DNA of 64,000 nt from Caldisericia bacterium (GTDB taxonomy: Bacteria > Caldisericota > Caldisericia > JAAYUI01), in contig OY771555.1 of assembly GCA_963674785.1 (NCBI GenBank), forward strand, positions 1,120,001-1,184,000, written 5' to 3'. The translations under genes and the position numbers were made by a program. This document shows positions 49,101-57,525 of this stretch, piece by piece (the stretch's first letter is position 1; the number at the start of each line of letters is the position of its first letter). The notes under the pieces are model-generated. The model was not told the origin of the DNA. It saw only the letters and a list, made by a program, of their open reading frames with translations, and searched no databases.

Positions 49101-50038
49101 AATCAAAAATTATTATATGTTTCTTGGCATTATTAATGCTTGTTTCTTGTGGAACTCCAGTAGCCGATGAACCTGAAAACATAGTTGATGAGAATATAGC
49201 GAGTAAACATGAGTATACTCCTGAAGATTTTGCTGAATTCCTTCCTGAGGGATACAGTGTTTATGATTGGAAAGATGCCGGTAATGGTTTGGTTTTCGCG
49301 GTTGCCAAAGAATCAGAAACCTCAAAAAGGCAGATTATTTTGTTGAGAAAAGGTGCTTTGGTTAAGGTCTCAGAGCCATTTCCTGCAGCAGCGGTTGAAT
49401 TTGGCTCAGGAAAAAGCTGGGGTGTGAAGCTGGATGAAAGTACGCTTGGCTATGCAGTTGCTTTTGACCTTGGTACAGGTGACATCCCCGGATATTTCGT
49501 AAAAGTGTTTTCTGACAAAACATATGAAGAGATTCCGTGCGACCTTGGGCCGGGATATGTTGCAAGGGATTTTTATGATCTCGATGGAACAGGGTTTGCA
49601 AATCTTTTGATGATAAACATAAAATGGGCGGATGTTTCAAGTGAAATCATCGCTGGTCAACCCTTTACACAAGCTGTCTGTAGATATGAAAATGGAAGAT
49701 TCGTCGATGATACACCGAATCATCCAAATCAGATGGAACCTGGTCTAGACCAGTTTAAGGCTGGCATTCAAGGTACTGATAATGAAGCTGATGCACTTTA
49801 TTATGCGATATGCCTTATGATAACCATGGATGCAATGGGAAACAGAGATGAAGCGGTTGAAGGTTTCTCGACTGTTCCACAGCGTATTTTAGACAAAGAT
49901 CGAAGAGCGGTTGCTCAAAAAATTGCTGACCATGTTTCAAACCTCAAATCGTATGAAATGATGAATCCGCCCTGGTTTAACCCAGTTCTTGAGCCAGCCT
50001 GGGAACTGCTTAAATTTAACACCATCCAGGTTAAGTGA
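49097..50038 (+). CDS. Lipoprotein of unknown function (tandem paralog 2)
   Basis: Lipobox LVSC. Shares FVD.T and W..LKFN with the upstream gene. Confidence 0.65.
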   Translation: MKSKIIICFLALLMLVSCGTPVADEPENIVDENIASKHEYTPEDFAEFLPEGYSVYDWKDAGNGLVFAVAKESETSKRQIILLRKGALVKVSEPFPAAAVEFGSGKSWGVKLDESTLGYAVAFDLGTGDIPGYFVKVFSDKTYEEIPCDLGPGYVARDFYDLDGTGFANLLMINIKWADVSSEIIAGQPFTQAVCRYENGRFVDDTPNHPNQMEPGLDQFKAGIQGTDNEADALYYAICLMITMDAMGNRDEAVEGFSTVPQRILDKDRRAVAQKIADHVSNLKSYEMMNPPWFNPVLEPAWELLKFNTIQVK

Positions 50039-50053
50039 TAACCTAAAGATTCC

Positions 50054-50081
50054 TTGACTTAAACGAGTATTTAGATATAAA
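50054..50081 (+). promoter_or_regulatory. Promoter of the tRNA pair
   Basis: TTGACT-N16-TATAAA just upstream of tRNA-Gln. Confidence 0.5.
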
Positions 50082-50092
50082 TATAACTTCGT

Positions 50093-50168
50093 TGGCGAAT
50101 GGTGGAATTGGTAACACGTCTGACTCTGGATCAGAAGACTCTAGGTTCGAGTCCTAGTTCGCCAGCCA
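50093..50168 (+). tRNA. tRNA-Gln(CTG)
   Basis: Acceptor stem TGGCGAA/TTCGCCA, anticodon arm TCTGA-ctCTGga-TCAGA, GTTCGA T-loop, encoded CCA. Confidence 0.95.
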
Positions 50169-50191
50169 GTTTCTAGTTTCCTTTTTTGGTG

Positions 50192-50266
50192 GGCGCTATA
50201 GTATAATGGTTAGTACATGGGGCTCTCAATCCCAAGATAGGAGTTCAATTCTCCTTAGCGCTACCA
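50192..50266 (+). tRNA. tRNA-Glu(CTC)
   Basis: Acceptor stem GGCGCTA/TAGCGCT, anticodon arm TGGGG-ctCTCaa-TCCCA, GTTCAA T-loop, encoded CCA. Confidence 0.9.
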
Positions 50267-50328
50267 GTCTTCCTTATTAAATTCTTGATATTTTTTAGTA
50301 TGTCGATTACAATCCTCCCCAAGGGGGA

Positions 50329-52620
50329 GTGATGCTTAGCAGAATCAATTGCATTGAGAACGTGGGTATTTTTAAGGATTATAATCCAGATGATCCTCCG
50401 CAGTTTAAAAAACTCACTTTGATCTATGGGGAAAATGGAAGTGGGAAGTCTACTCTCTCAGAGATTTTGTACTCGCTTAATACTAATAATCCTGATATTA
50501 TTACATCAAAGAAAACTCTTGGAAAAGGTGAGGACTGTACTCAATCAATTCTGTTGAAAATCAATGGTAGCAATTATGAGTTTTCAAATTGTGAATGGAA
50601 TAATAAATTTGGGAATATTGAGATATTCGATTCCAGGTTTATTGAGAGAAATGTTTACTCGGGATTTGATATAACTTCTGATCAAAGGAAAAATTTTGGA
50701 AAAGTTCTTTTGGGGGAAGATGCAATTATACATCAAAAAAGACTGGATAAACTTGGAGAAGAAAAGAAAGAGAATACGGATCGCCTAAATCATTTAGAAA
50801 ATGAGCTTGGAGAATCATTAATCCAGGAAAACATCTTATCCTCCGATATTGATTTAGAAATTGATAATAAGATTTCATCAATCTCTACCCAGATTAATGA
50901 AGCAGAACAATCTGAGAGTATATCATCAAAAACCGAATTTCTAATGTTATCATTAATTGATGTAAGTACCATAGAAAAACTATCTATTCTAAAAAAATCT
51001 ATTGATGATATTGAAGAAGCCGCAGTTGAGAAGGTAGAAACGCATATCAAAGAAAGACTGGGGACAGAAGGAGAAAGCTGGCTAAAAAAGGGAACCTCAT
51101 TTTTGAGAAATAATGATATTTGCCCATTTTGTGCGCAAAAGCTTTCCCAAGACAGTATCAAATTGATCAAGGCATACAGTGCCTTTTTTAGTGAATCATA
51201 CATTGGGTTCCAGGAAGTAATAACAGAGAGTAAAAACCTCGTATTGAGCACATTTGAAAAAGCAAAATTGAATACTGTTAGTGTTATTGAGAAAAACAAA
51301 GGATTGCTAGAGTTTTGGGAACAGTATGTTGACACTGAAAAACTGAAGAATTCAAATTGTTCAGAGCTAATGGTGGAGTTATTTGATAGGCTGATCAAGA
51401 ATTGTGAATTATTGTTTGAAAATAAAGAGAAGAAACCTCTTCAAGAGATCAAAAAAGATATTATTGAGAGTATTATTCAATCAGTTTCAAAAAGAATTGA
51501 AGCTGAAAATACTCTAATTGAAGAAATCAATCAGAAGATATATTCAAAAAAAAGAAGAATATCAAACTATGATATCGAAGTATTAAAAAAAGCAAAGAGA
51601 ATTTTTGAGCTTAAAAAGCTTAGACATTTTGCAAAAAAGAAAGAATGCAATGATTATATCAAGAATAATGGTGAATCTAAAAGAATTGCTGAAGAGATAA
51701 AAAGAGAAAAAAATGATTTAAAAATAAAATCAGAAGAAATCTTGAATAACTATTGCGAGGGAGTAAATGAGTACTTACGATCATTTGGGGCTGGATTCGA
51801 AATATCAGATGTGAAGGGAGACACTGCAACAAAGGAGGTTAGTGTCGATTATTCTATCTGTATAAATGATGTTCAAGTTTCTGTTAAAAGTAAGAAGAAA
51901 GACTGCCCACATTTTGGAAATATTTTGAGCGATGGAGACAAAAGATCGCTTGCTTTGGCTTTTTTCTTTGCTAGGCTCGACAAGATAGATGATCTAGATA
52001 AAAAAATTATTGTTTTTGACGATCCATTTTCTAGTTTAGATAAAAATAGAGAAAGATACACTGTAGATCATATTGTCAATAAATTGAAATTATGCAAACA
52101 GGGAATTGTAATGTCTCATAATCTTTTGTTCCTTAGATTTATATTACAACGAAGAGATATAAATCTTAACACGACTTCTGTTTCTGTATGTGAGGGTGAG
52201 TGTTATGAGTTTGATATTTACAAGAATTTGCTTTCTAGTCTTATAAGTGAAAAAATATTGAGACTCAGAGAGTGTATTAACAACCCAAGATTCGATATTG
52301 TGATCTTAAAAGATGCAATTGCGAATCTAAGAGATATCCTAGAGTGGCATTTTAAAGCTACATATCCTAGATTAATAAAAGATGATGCGACTCTTGGGGA
52401 TATATCAACAAAATTAGCTGAGGTTCAAAATGGCAATGATTTACACTCCCCGCTTTATATTGAATGCAGTAATATTGAAGATATTCGAATAATCAATAGA
52501 TATTCGAACACAAGAGGAAAGCATGTTAATGGACTGGAGTCGTATGACCCACTTCCAAGCAAGCAAGAATTTACGACAATTGCTTCGAGGGTGTTAGAGG
52601 TCTACTTTCCTACTCTATGA
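50329..52620 (+). CDS. AAA_13 / RloC-like SMC-type ABC ATPase with Zn hook and putative C-terminal HEPN domain
   Basis: GENGSGKS, FDSRFIERNV, CPFC inside a coiled coil, LSDGDK, FDDPFSSLD, SHN, LRDILE...P, RIINRYSNTRGKH. Confidence 0.75.
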   Translation: MMLSRINCIENVGIFKDYNPDDPPQFKKLTLIYGENGSGKSTLSEILYSLNTNNPDIITSKKTLGKGEDCTQSILLKINGSNYEFSNCEWNNKFGNIEIFDSRFIERNVYSGFDITSDQRKNFGKVLLGEDAIIHQKRLDKLGEEKKENTDRLNHLENELGESLIQENILSSDIDLEIDNKISSISTQINEAEQSESISSKTEFLMLSLIDVSTIEKLSILKKSIDDIEEAAVEKVETHIKERLGTEGESWLKKGTSFLRNNDICPFCAQKLSQDSIKLIKAYSAFFSESYIGFQEVITESKNLVLSTFEKAKLNTVSVIEKNKGLLEFWEQYVDTEKLKNSNCSELMVELFDRLIKNCELLFENKEKKPLQEIKKDIIESIIQSVSKRIEAENTLIEEINQKIYSKKRRISNYDIEVLKKAKRIFELKKLRHFAKKKECNDYIKNNGESKRIAEEIKREKNDLKIKSEEILNNYCEGVNEYLRSFGAGFEISDVKGDTATKEVSVDYSICINDVQVSVKSKKKDCPHFGNILSDGDKRSLALAFFFARLDKIDDLDKKIIVFDDPFSSLDKNRERYTVDHIVNKLKLCKQGIVMSHNLLFLRFILQRRDINLNTTSVSVCEGECYEFDIYKNLLSSLISEKILRLRECINNPRFDIVILKDAIANLRDILEWHFKATYPRLIKDDATLGDISTKLAEVQNGNDLHSPLYIECSNIEDIRIINRYSNTRGKHVNGLESYDPLPSKQEFTTIASRVLEVYFPTL

Positions 52621-53065
52621 CCTCAAACGGCAACTCCGATGTAATTCTATCCCCAGATATACCATCCTCAACTATTACCTCAATTGAATATTGTCCTGGC
52701 GGGGTTTCAAGTTTTACCTGTGAAGGAAGTCTGTAGTCAACTACCTCTTCATCATTATCAATTATGTCTTTAAAGGGCTGCTGTGTGTTGAGTAGTTTGC
52801 CATTTTCATCTCTCAGCTTGAGAGTCATGATTGGCCAGGATGAGTATTTGTCTCCAGATTTTTCTGAGATGAATCCTTCAACGACTGCAACAACATAAAC
52901 AACCTGATTCTTTTTGAATGTTGTATCCTCAATTTTTGTGAAATTTCCGAATTTTGTTACACTGTTTGCAAACTGGACAGAGTCAAGTTTAAGATTTCCG
53001 CCACCACAACCGACCAATAAAACAATAAGAATTGATGTAATAAATAGACTAGTTTTCTTTAGCAT
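52610..53065 (-). CDS. Small lipoprotein (Ig-like)
   Basis: GGAG plus ATG 53065, lipobox LVGC, PPGQYSIEVIVED. Confidence 0.65.
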   Translation of the reverse strand: MLKKTSLFITSILIVLLVGCGGGNLKLDSVQFANSVTKFGNFTKIEDTTFKKNQVVYVVAVVEGFISEKSGDKYSSWPIMTLKLRDENGKLLNTQQPFKDIIDNDEEVVDYRLPSQVKLETPPGQYSIEVIVEDGISGDRITSELPFEVIE

Positions 53066-54852
53066 TTTTCTCTCCTCTGTTCCACATTTCTTGCCATATG
53101 TTTTACAATCTCGGCTCCCCAAGTCAAATAAAAACTCAGTGAATATGGTCTTCTATTCATGTATGTGAGCTGGGATAACTGAATATGTCTTTTGATTATG
53201 CCCATCATTATAAGCTCAATCGCCCTATTAACCTCATATATCTCCGGAAGTTCCTCAAATGATTCTCTTTGCTCCCGTCTCTTTTTGAGGAGTTCATCCC
53301 GTCGAGTCACAAGGGATTCGAGTTTGTCCGCAGTTACTTTATTCAATACTTGGCTTATCCCAGAGACATTTCCAAGTTTTTGAAGTTTTTTTGGAAGACT
53401 CTCGGGAAGATTCTTGTTGTATTCCAACAAAGTATATCTTGCAAGGGTTCGAAGTTGACCTGGATGATAGACCATATTTTCAAGAATTTCAGAGGCTTTT
53501 TTTGCTTCGTTCTCCCAATTAATGGAAATCCATTCTGCGGACGTTTTCTCTCCCCAGAAACAGGATAAAAACTTTGGCAAGATCACTTCACTGTTCCCAA
53601 GAATTTTTAGGCTAGCAAGCGACCTAGCACCTAGTCTTAAAATGCTTCCGCTATCAAACTCTATACCCCTCTTTTTCAGTTCGTTTGTAAGATGAAAAAC
53701 CATAGGTGTATATTTTGACCCCAGTTCTGGTAGTGCCAGTATTCTTGGTGGTCTTGTCAATTCTGTTACAAGTGGTCCGGCTTTTCCAATCAGAGTTGGG
53801 TTTTTGCAGATTGATAAAAATGCTTTTTTGACCTCTTCGAGGGTTGCATTTTTGGGAAGTGTTATCTCTTTTGAGTATCCCTTAATTGGATAGATGAGTC
53901 TGAATGTGATGTTGTCATCACCAAAAATCGCCCTAATTCTCCATCTTACGAGTGTCCCACACTCAAGTTTGCACTCCATGAAAAATGGAAACTCGATCTC
54001 ATTGTTGCTGTATCTGATTCTCTTCAATGGGAGCTTTGCTTGATTTAATGCTTCATTGTATGACTCAGCAAATTCCTTTGGGTGTGAAAGTGCAATAAGA
54101 AAAACCTTTTGTGGTATCTCCTGTTTTTTCAGTTCAAACAGTTCTGATACCCTTATGGTTTTTGGTGCATCGATTTCAAATAAAACTTTCCATCCAACCT
54201 TCCAGAAAAACTCCTGGAGGTCAGAAACCGTTTTATTGTCTGAGTCTTTCAGAAATTCTTGTGAAAGTGACAATAGCTGCCTTCCACGTTTCAGGATTTC
54301 TTTTCGGTTGTCTTTGGGTGATGCTTTCAATGATCCTTTCAGGGCGTACAAAAATAGCAACCAATACTTTTCTTTTAATTCGTTGTTTAAAGGTACTGAT
54401 GAAATTGACCTTTGAGAAAATCTTGTAGGAACAATACCCGTATAACAAGTGCTTTCGGTGAGAGCCTTGATTATGTCTCCATTTTCAATTTGTATACCCA
54501 AATCTGAAAGAATTTTTTTCAGATTGAATTCTTCTACCACTTTAAGGTATTTTTCATCAATATATTTTAGGTGAACTCCAAGTTTTTTCCACGTTTTTGG
54601 TTCAACTGCGGGTGTATAAAATGGGCCACTTGAAATATCTTGATGAATCCACACTGCGCCTGTGAGATTATTGCAGTAGTCTGACGTTATCATGAAATCA
54701 TGATTTTCGTCTTTTATTCGATAATCTGCAGTTCCGAGTTTTTCATCAACAATAAAATATGTTGGATGGATACCCGAATTGTAAAGAGCATATCCATAAG
54801 GAAGGGCGTCCCATAAAACATTTTGATCACCTTTATAAAATAATGAACCCAT
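53059..54852 (-). CDS. Hypothetical cytoplasmic protein, possible remote BshC-like fold
   Basis: 597-aa ORF with GDQ..., FIVD, FPFF, GKA, GSKY and a C-terminal coiled coil. The family call is tentative. Confidence 0.5.
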   Translation of the reverse strand: MGSLFYKGDQNVLWDALPYGYALYNSGIHPTYFIVDEKLGTADYRIKDENHDFMITSDYCNNLTGAVWIHQDISSGPFYTPAVEPKTWKKLGVHLKYIDEKYLKVVEEFNLKKILSDLGIQIENGDIIKALTESTCYTGIVPTRFSQRSISSVPLNNELKEKYWLLFLYALKGSLKASPKDNRKEILKRGRQLLSLSQEFLKDSDNKTVSDLQEFFWKVGWKVLFEIDAPKTIRVSELFELKKQEIPQKVFLIALSHPKEFAESYNEALNQAKLPLKRIRYSNNEIEFPFFMECKLECGTLVRWRIRAIFGDDNITFRLIYPIKGYSKEITLPKNATLEEVKKAFLSICKNPTLIGKAGPLVTELTRPPRILALPELGSKYTPMVFHLTNELKKRGIEFDSGSILRLGARSLASLKILGNSEVILPKFLSCFWGEKTSAEWISINWENEAKKASEILENMVYHPGQLRTLARYTLLEYNKNLPESLPKKLQKLGNVSGISQVLNKVTADKLESLVTRRDELLKKRREQRESFEELPEIYEVNRAIELIMMGIIKRHIQLSQLTYMNRRPYSLSFYLTWGAEIVKHMARNVEQRREKC

Positions 54853-54934
54853 AGGGGGTATTCTACCATAAAATGAGATTTGTTACCATAAAACACTTTG
54901 AATATCAGTTTTTGTGTGCTAGAATCTGCCAACA

Positions 54935-56083
54935 ATGAAGAGATTTAAAAATATAATTATTGTTTTAGTCGTGATAGTAATGGTGACACTTTTTGTTTCG
55001 TGCGGGGAAAAGGTAACCGAAACAAATCCTGATGACACAACAGATAATGTTGGACAGGTAATAAAAGTTCCTGGTCCAGAGGGTGTGATTGCAACCGTTG
55101 GTCAGGTTGAAATTCCGATAGACGATTATGTTGAACTTCTCAACTCTACAAGAATTGCATTGATCGATGAGGGAATTGACATCGACGCAGAGGAAAATGC
55201 AGAAATCAAAATCTCAACACAGGACGAGATTATTGAGGGGCTCATCGATACGGCGGTATATGTTAATTATGCAAAAGAAAATGATTTGATGCCTTCGATG
55301 AAAGAAATTGAGGATGCTGTTTCAAGAGAGGTTAATGAGCAGGCTGTAAAAGTTGGCTCATATGATTTACTTGAGCAAACCCTAAAAGATGAGGGTGGTG
55401 TAAAAGAACTTAAGAAAATCCTCAGATCCGATCCTAAGTTTATTGAAAAAATCACTAAAGAAAAAGTCATCGAACATATCAGAAACCAGGTCGTCATAAC
55501 CGATGCTGATATCGAAGAGTTTTATGAGTCGAGGCTTTTGGGGTTATCGGAAATCGTCATCTACTTCTACCCAGATATTCACACAGATGAAGACATCGAC
55601 AAAGCAAGAAGATATACTGAGGCTGTAAAGAAAAAAATTGGAACTGAGCTGACTTTTAGTGAAACAGCTGAGAAGTTTTCAATGGAGCCAACAACAGCTA
55701 TTGATGGTGGAAGATATTCCGAGCTTATTCCAAGAGGAGTTTTACTTGAAGAGCTCGAAGACGCAGCATTTGCCCTCAAGATTGGTGAGGTATCAGATAT
55801 CATCAGAACAAAGGATTCTTTTAGGATCCTGAAACTTGAATATGAAACATATGTTTGGGATTATTTCTTCACCGAAGACGGCACAAAACCAAAACCAGAA
55901 CTGTCTACAGTAAAAGATCAGGTTGAAGCCAGACTTAGAATGATCAGGGAGTATGAAGCAGAACAGATGTGGTATGATGAATACAGAGACTCCCTAGATA
56001 TAAAGGTTTATCTTGAGCTCGTTTACCCAGAAGGGGAAACAGAAACTGATCAAACCACATCTGTGGATGACATCGAGGAATAA
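54935..56083 (+). CDS. PrsA/SurA-like parvulin peptidylprolyl isomerase lipoprotein
   Basis: Lipobox FVSC, FSETAEKFS...GG, EDAAFALKIGEVSDII.T...F.ILK. Confidence 0.8.
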   Translation: MKRFKNIIIVLVVIVMVTLFVSCGEKVTETNPDDTTDNVGQVIKVPGPEGVIATVGQVEIPIDDYVELLNSTRIALIDEGIDIDAEENAEIKISTQDEIIEGLIDTAVYVNYAKENDLMPSMKEIEDAVSREVNEQAVKVGSYDLLEQTLKDEGGVKELKKILRSDPKFIEKITKEKVIEHIRNQVVITDADIEEFYESRLLGLSEIVIYFYPDIHTDEDIDKARRYTEAVKKKIGTELTFSETAEKFSMEPTTAIDGGRYSELIPRGVLLEELEDAAFALKIGEVSDIIRTKDSFRILKLEYETYVWDYFFTEDGTKPKPELSTVKDQVEARLRMIREYEAEQMWYDEYRDSLDIKVYLELVYPEGETETDQTTSVDDIEE

Positions 56084-56105
56084 TTAAATATTCTTTCTGA
56101 TTTTT

Positions 56106-57158
56106 TTAACAGCCACCTACAAGGTCATCAAAAACATCTTTTACTCTTTGGATTTTGTTGATTCTGTGGGCGTTTGCTCCAGCAAAAACAAATCCATGCT
56201 CAAGGTTCCCACATTGTGCGTGCATTAGGGCATCGGCGATACAGAATGGACTGTCCTGTACTTTGCATGTTCTAATACAGTGGTATGGGCATTTATATGG
56301 CTTCTTTAATCCACTCTCCACATCGTCGATAAACCTGTTTGAAATTACACGACCAGGTAGACCTACGGGACTTTGGATTATTTTTATGTCGGCTTCCTTG
56401 CAGTCGATATAAGATTGTTTGAACTCATCTGATACTTCACATTCCTCGGTCGCAACAAATCTTGTACCGAGTTGAACGCCGCTTGCACCCATCTCGATGA
56501 ATTTTTCCATATCTTCTTTGGTGTATATCCCGCCAGCGGCAATAACAGGGATTGTTTTTCCTGATGTCTCTTTTACAACTTTCAGAACTTCAGGCAGAAC
56601 TTTTTCGAGTTTCTTGCTCGAGTCGCTAATCTCCTCTTTTTTGAATCCGAGATGTCCACCAGCTTCTGTTCCTTCAAGGACAATTGCATCTGGGATATAA
56701 TTAAACCTTTTCATCCAACGCTTTATCATCAAATATGCAGCTTTTGATGATGAAACTATTGGAACAAGTGCAGTTCTAGAGTTGCTGGTTAAATACTTAG
56801 GAAGTTCGAATGGTAACCCTGCTCCTGAGAATATTATATCGATTTTTTCAGAGATCGCTGTTTGAATGATTTGAGAAAAGTTGTTTAAAACTGACAATGC
56901 GTTAATGCCAATTATCCCTCTGGTTTTTTTCCTGGCTCTTTTGATTTCTTTAATCAGTGCTCGTTCTGATGCACCGTGAAAATTGCTGTTGAAGTCTGGT
57001 TCGGAAATCCCAATGCCAGTTGCAGCAATTACTCCGATTCCGCCACAGTTTGCAACCGAAGAGGCCAGATTTGACAGCGAAACTCTTATTCCCATTCCAC
57101 CCTGTATTATTGGATGTTTTGGGATATAGTCACCTATACGTAATCTATCAGTACCCAT
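56106..57158 (-). CDS. Nitronate monooxygenase / FabK-family flavin oxidoreductase
   Basis: AAGGAG plus ATG 57158. PIIQGGMG, EAGGHLG, IPVIAAGGI, GVQLGTRF, C..HC..TC...FCI. Confidence 0.85.
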   Translation of the reverse strand: MGTDRLRIGDYIPKHPIIQGGMGIRVSLSNLASSVANCGGIGVIAATGIGISEPDFNSNFHGASERALIKEIKRARKKTRGIIGINALSVLNNFSQIIQTAISEKIDIIFSGAGLPFELPKYLTSNSRTALVPIVSSSKAAYLMIKRWMKRFNYIPDAIVLEGTEAGGHLGFKKEEISDSSKKLEKVLPEVLKVVKETSGKTIPVIAAGGIYTKEDMEKFIEMGASGVQLGTRFVATEECEVSDEFKQSYIDCKEADIKIIQSPVGLPGRVISNRFIDDVESGLKKPYKCPYHCIRTCKVQDSPFCIADALMHAQCGNLEHGFVFAGANAHRINKIQRVKDVFDDLVGGC

Positions 57159-57525
57159 AATGATACTCCTTTGTCGTTTTGGAGTTTGTGCGACCTGAAA
57201 CAAACTTAAGAATTTACTCGTGGACCAAACACGGCTCCCTTTCACGATCAATCCGCAATGAAACTTTTTTCACAAATTAATGAATCAATTTAAGTGACTA
57301 TGTCCGAAATCTTAGATACTAATCGTACCCAAAACAAGTACACTTTGTTTTTAACATTTAAGAAATGTTTTTTGTGGGTTCATTTGAAGCATTGGATTGT
57401 GTAAATGTATCCACTCTTTTCGATATTATTTAAACACGGAGTAAATCTCAGTCATATTGACTACCAATAAAAAAACTGGCAAACTGTCGACATTGTATTT
57501 GAATAGGTAACATCAGGAGGATGGT

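Noticed and set aside
50192-50266. TCA in the anticodon loop, suggesting tRNA-Sec or an opal suppressor
   Set aside because: The 5-bp stem centres the 7-nt loop on CTC (Glu), and there is no long variable arm.
50240-53100. Integrative element at the tRNA-Glu 3' end
   Set aside because: No integrase, and I saw no duplicated tRNA 3' end (att site) downstream.
57258-57275. Rex operator (TTCACAA half-site)
   Set aside because: The other half matches only 3 of 7 positions.
57300-57525. T-box leader upstream of valS
   Set aside because: No GGTGGNACC T-box motif or terminator, and a plausible promoter lies close to the start codon.
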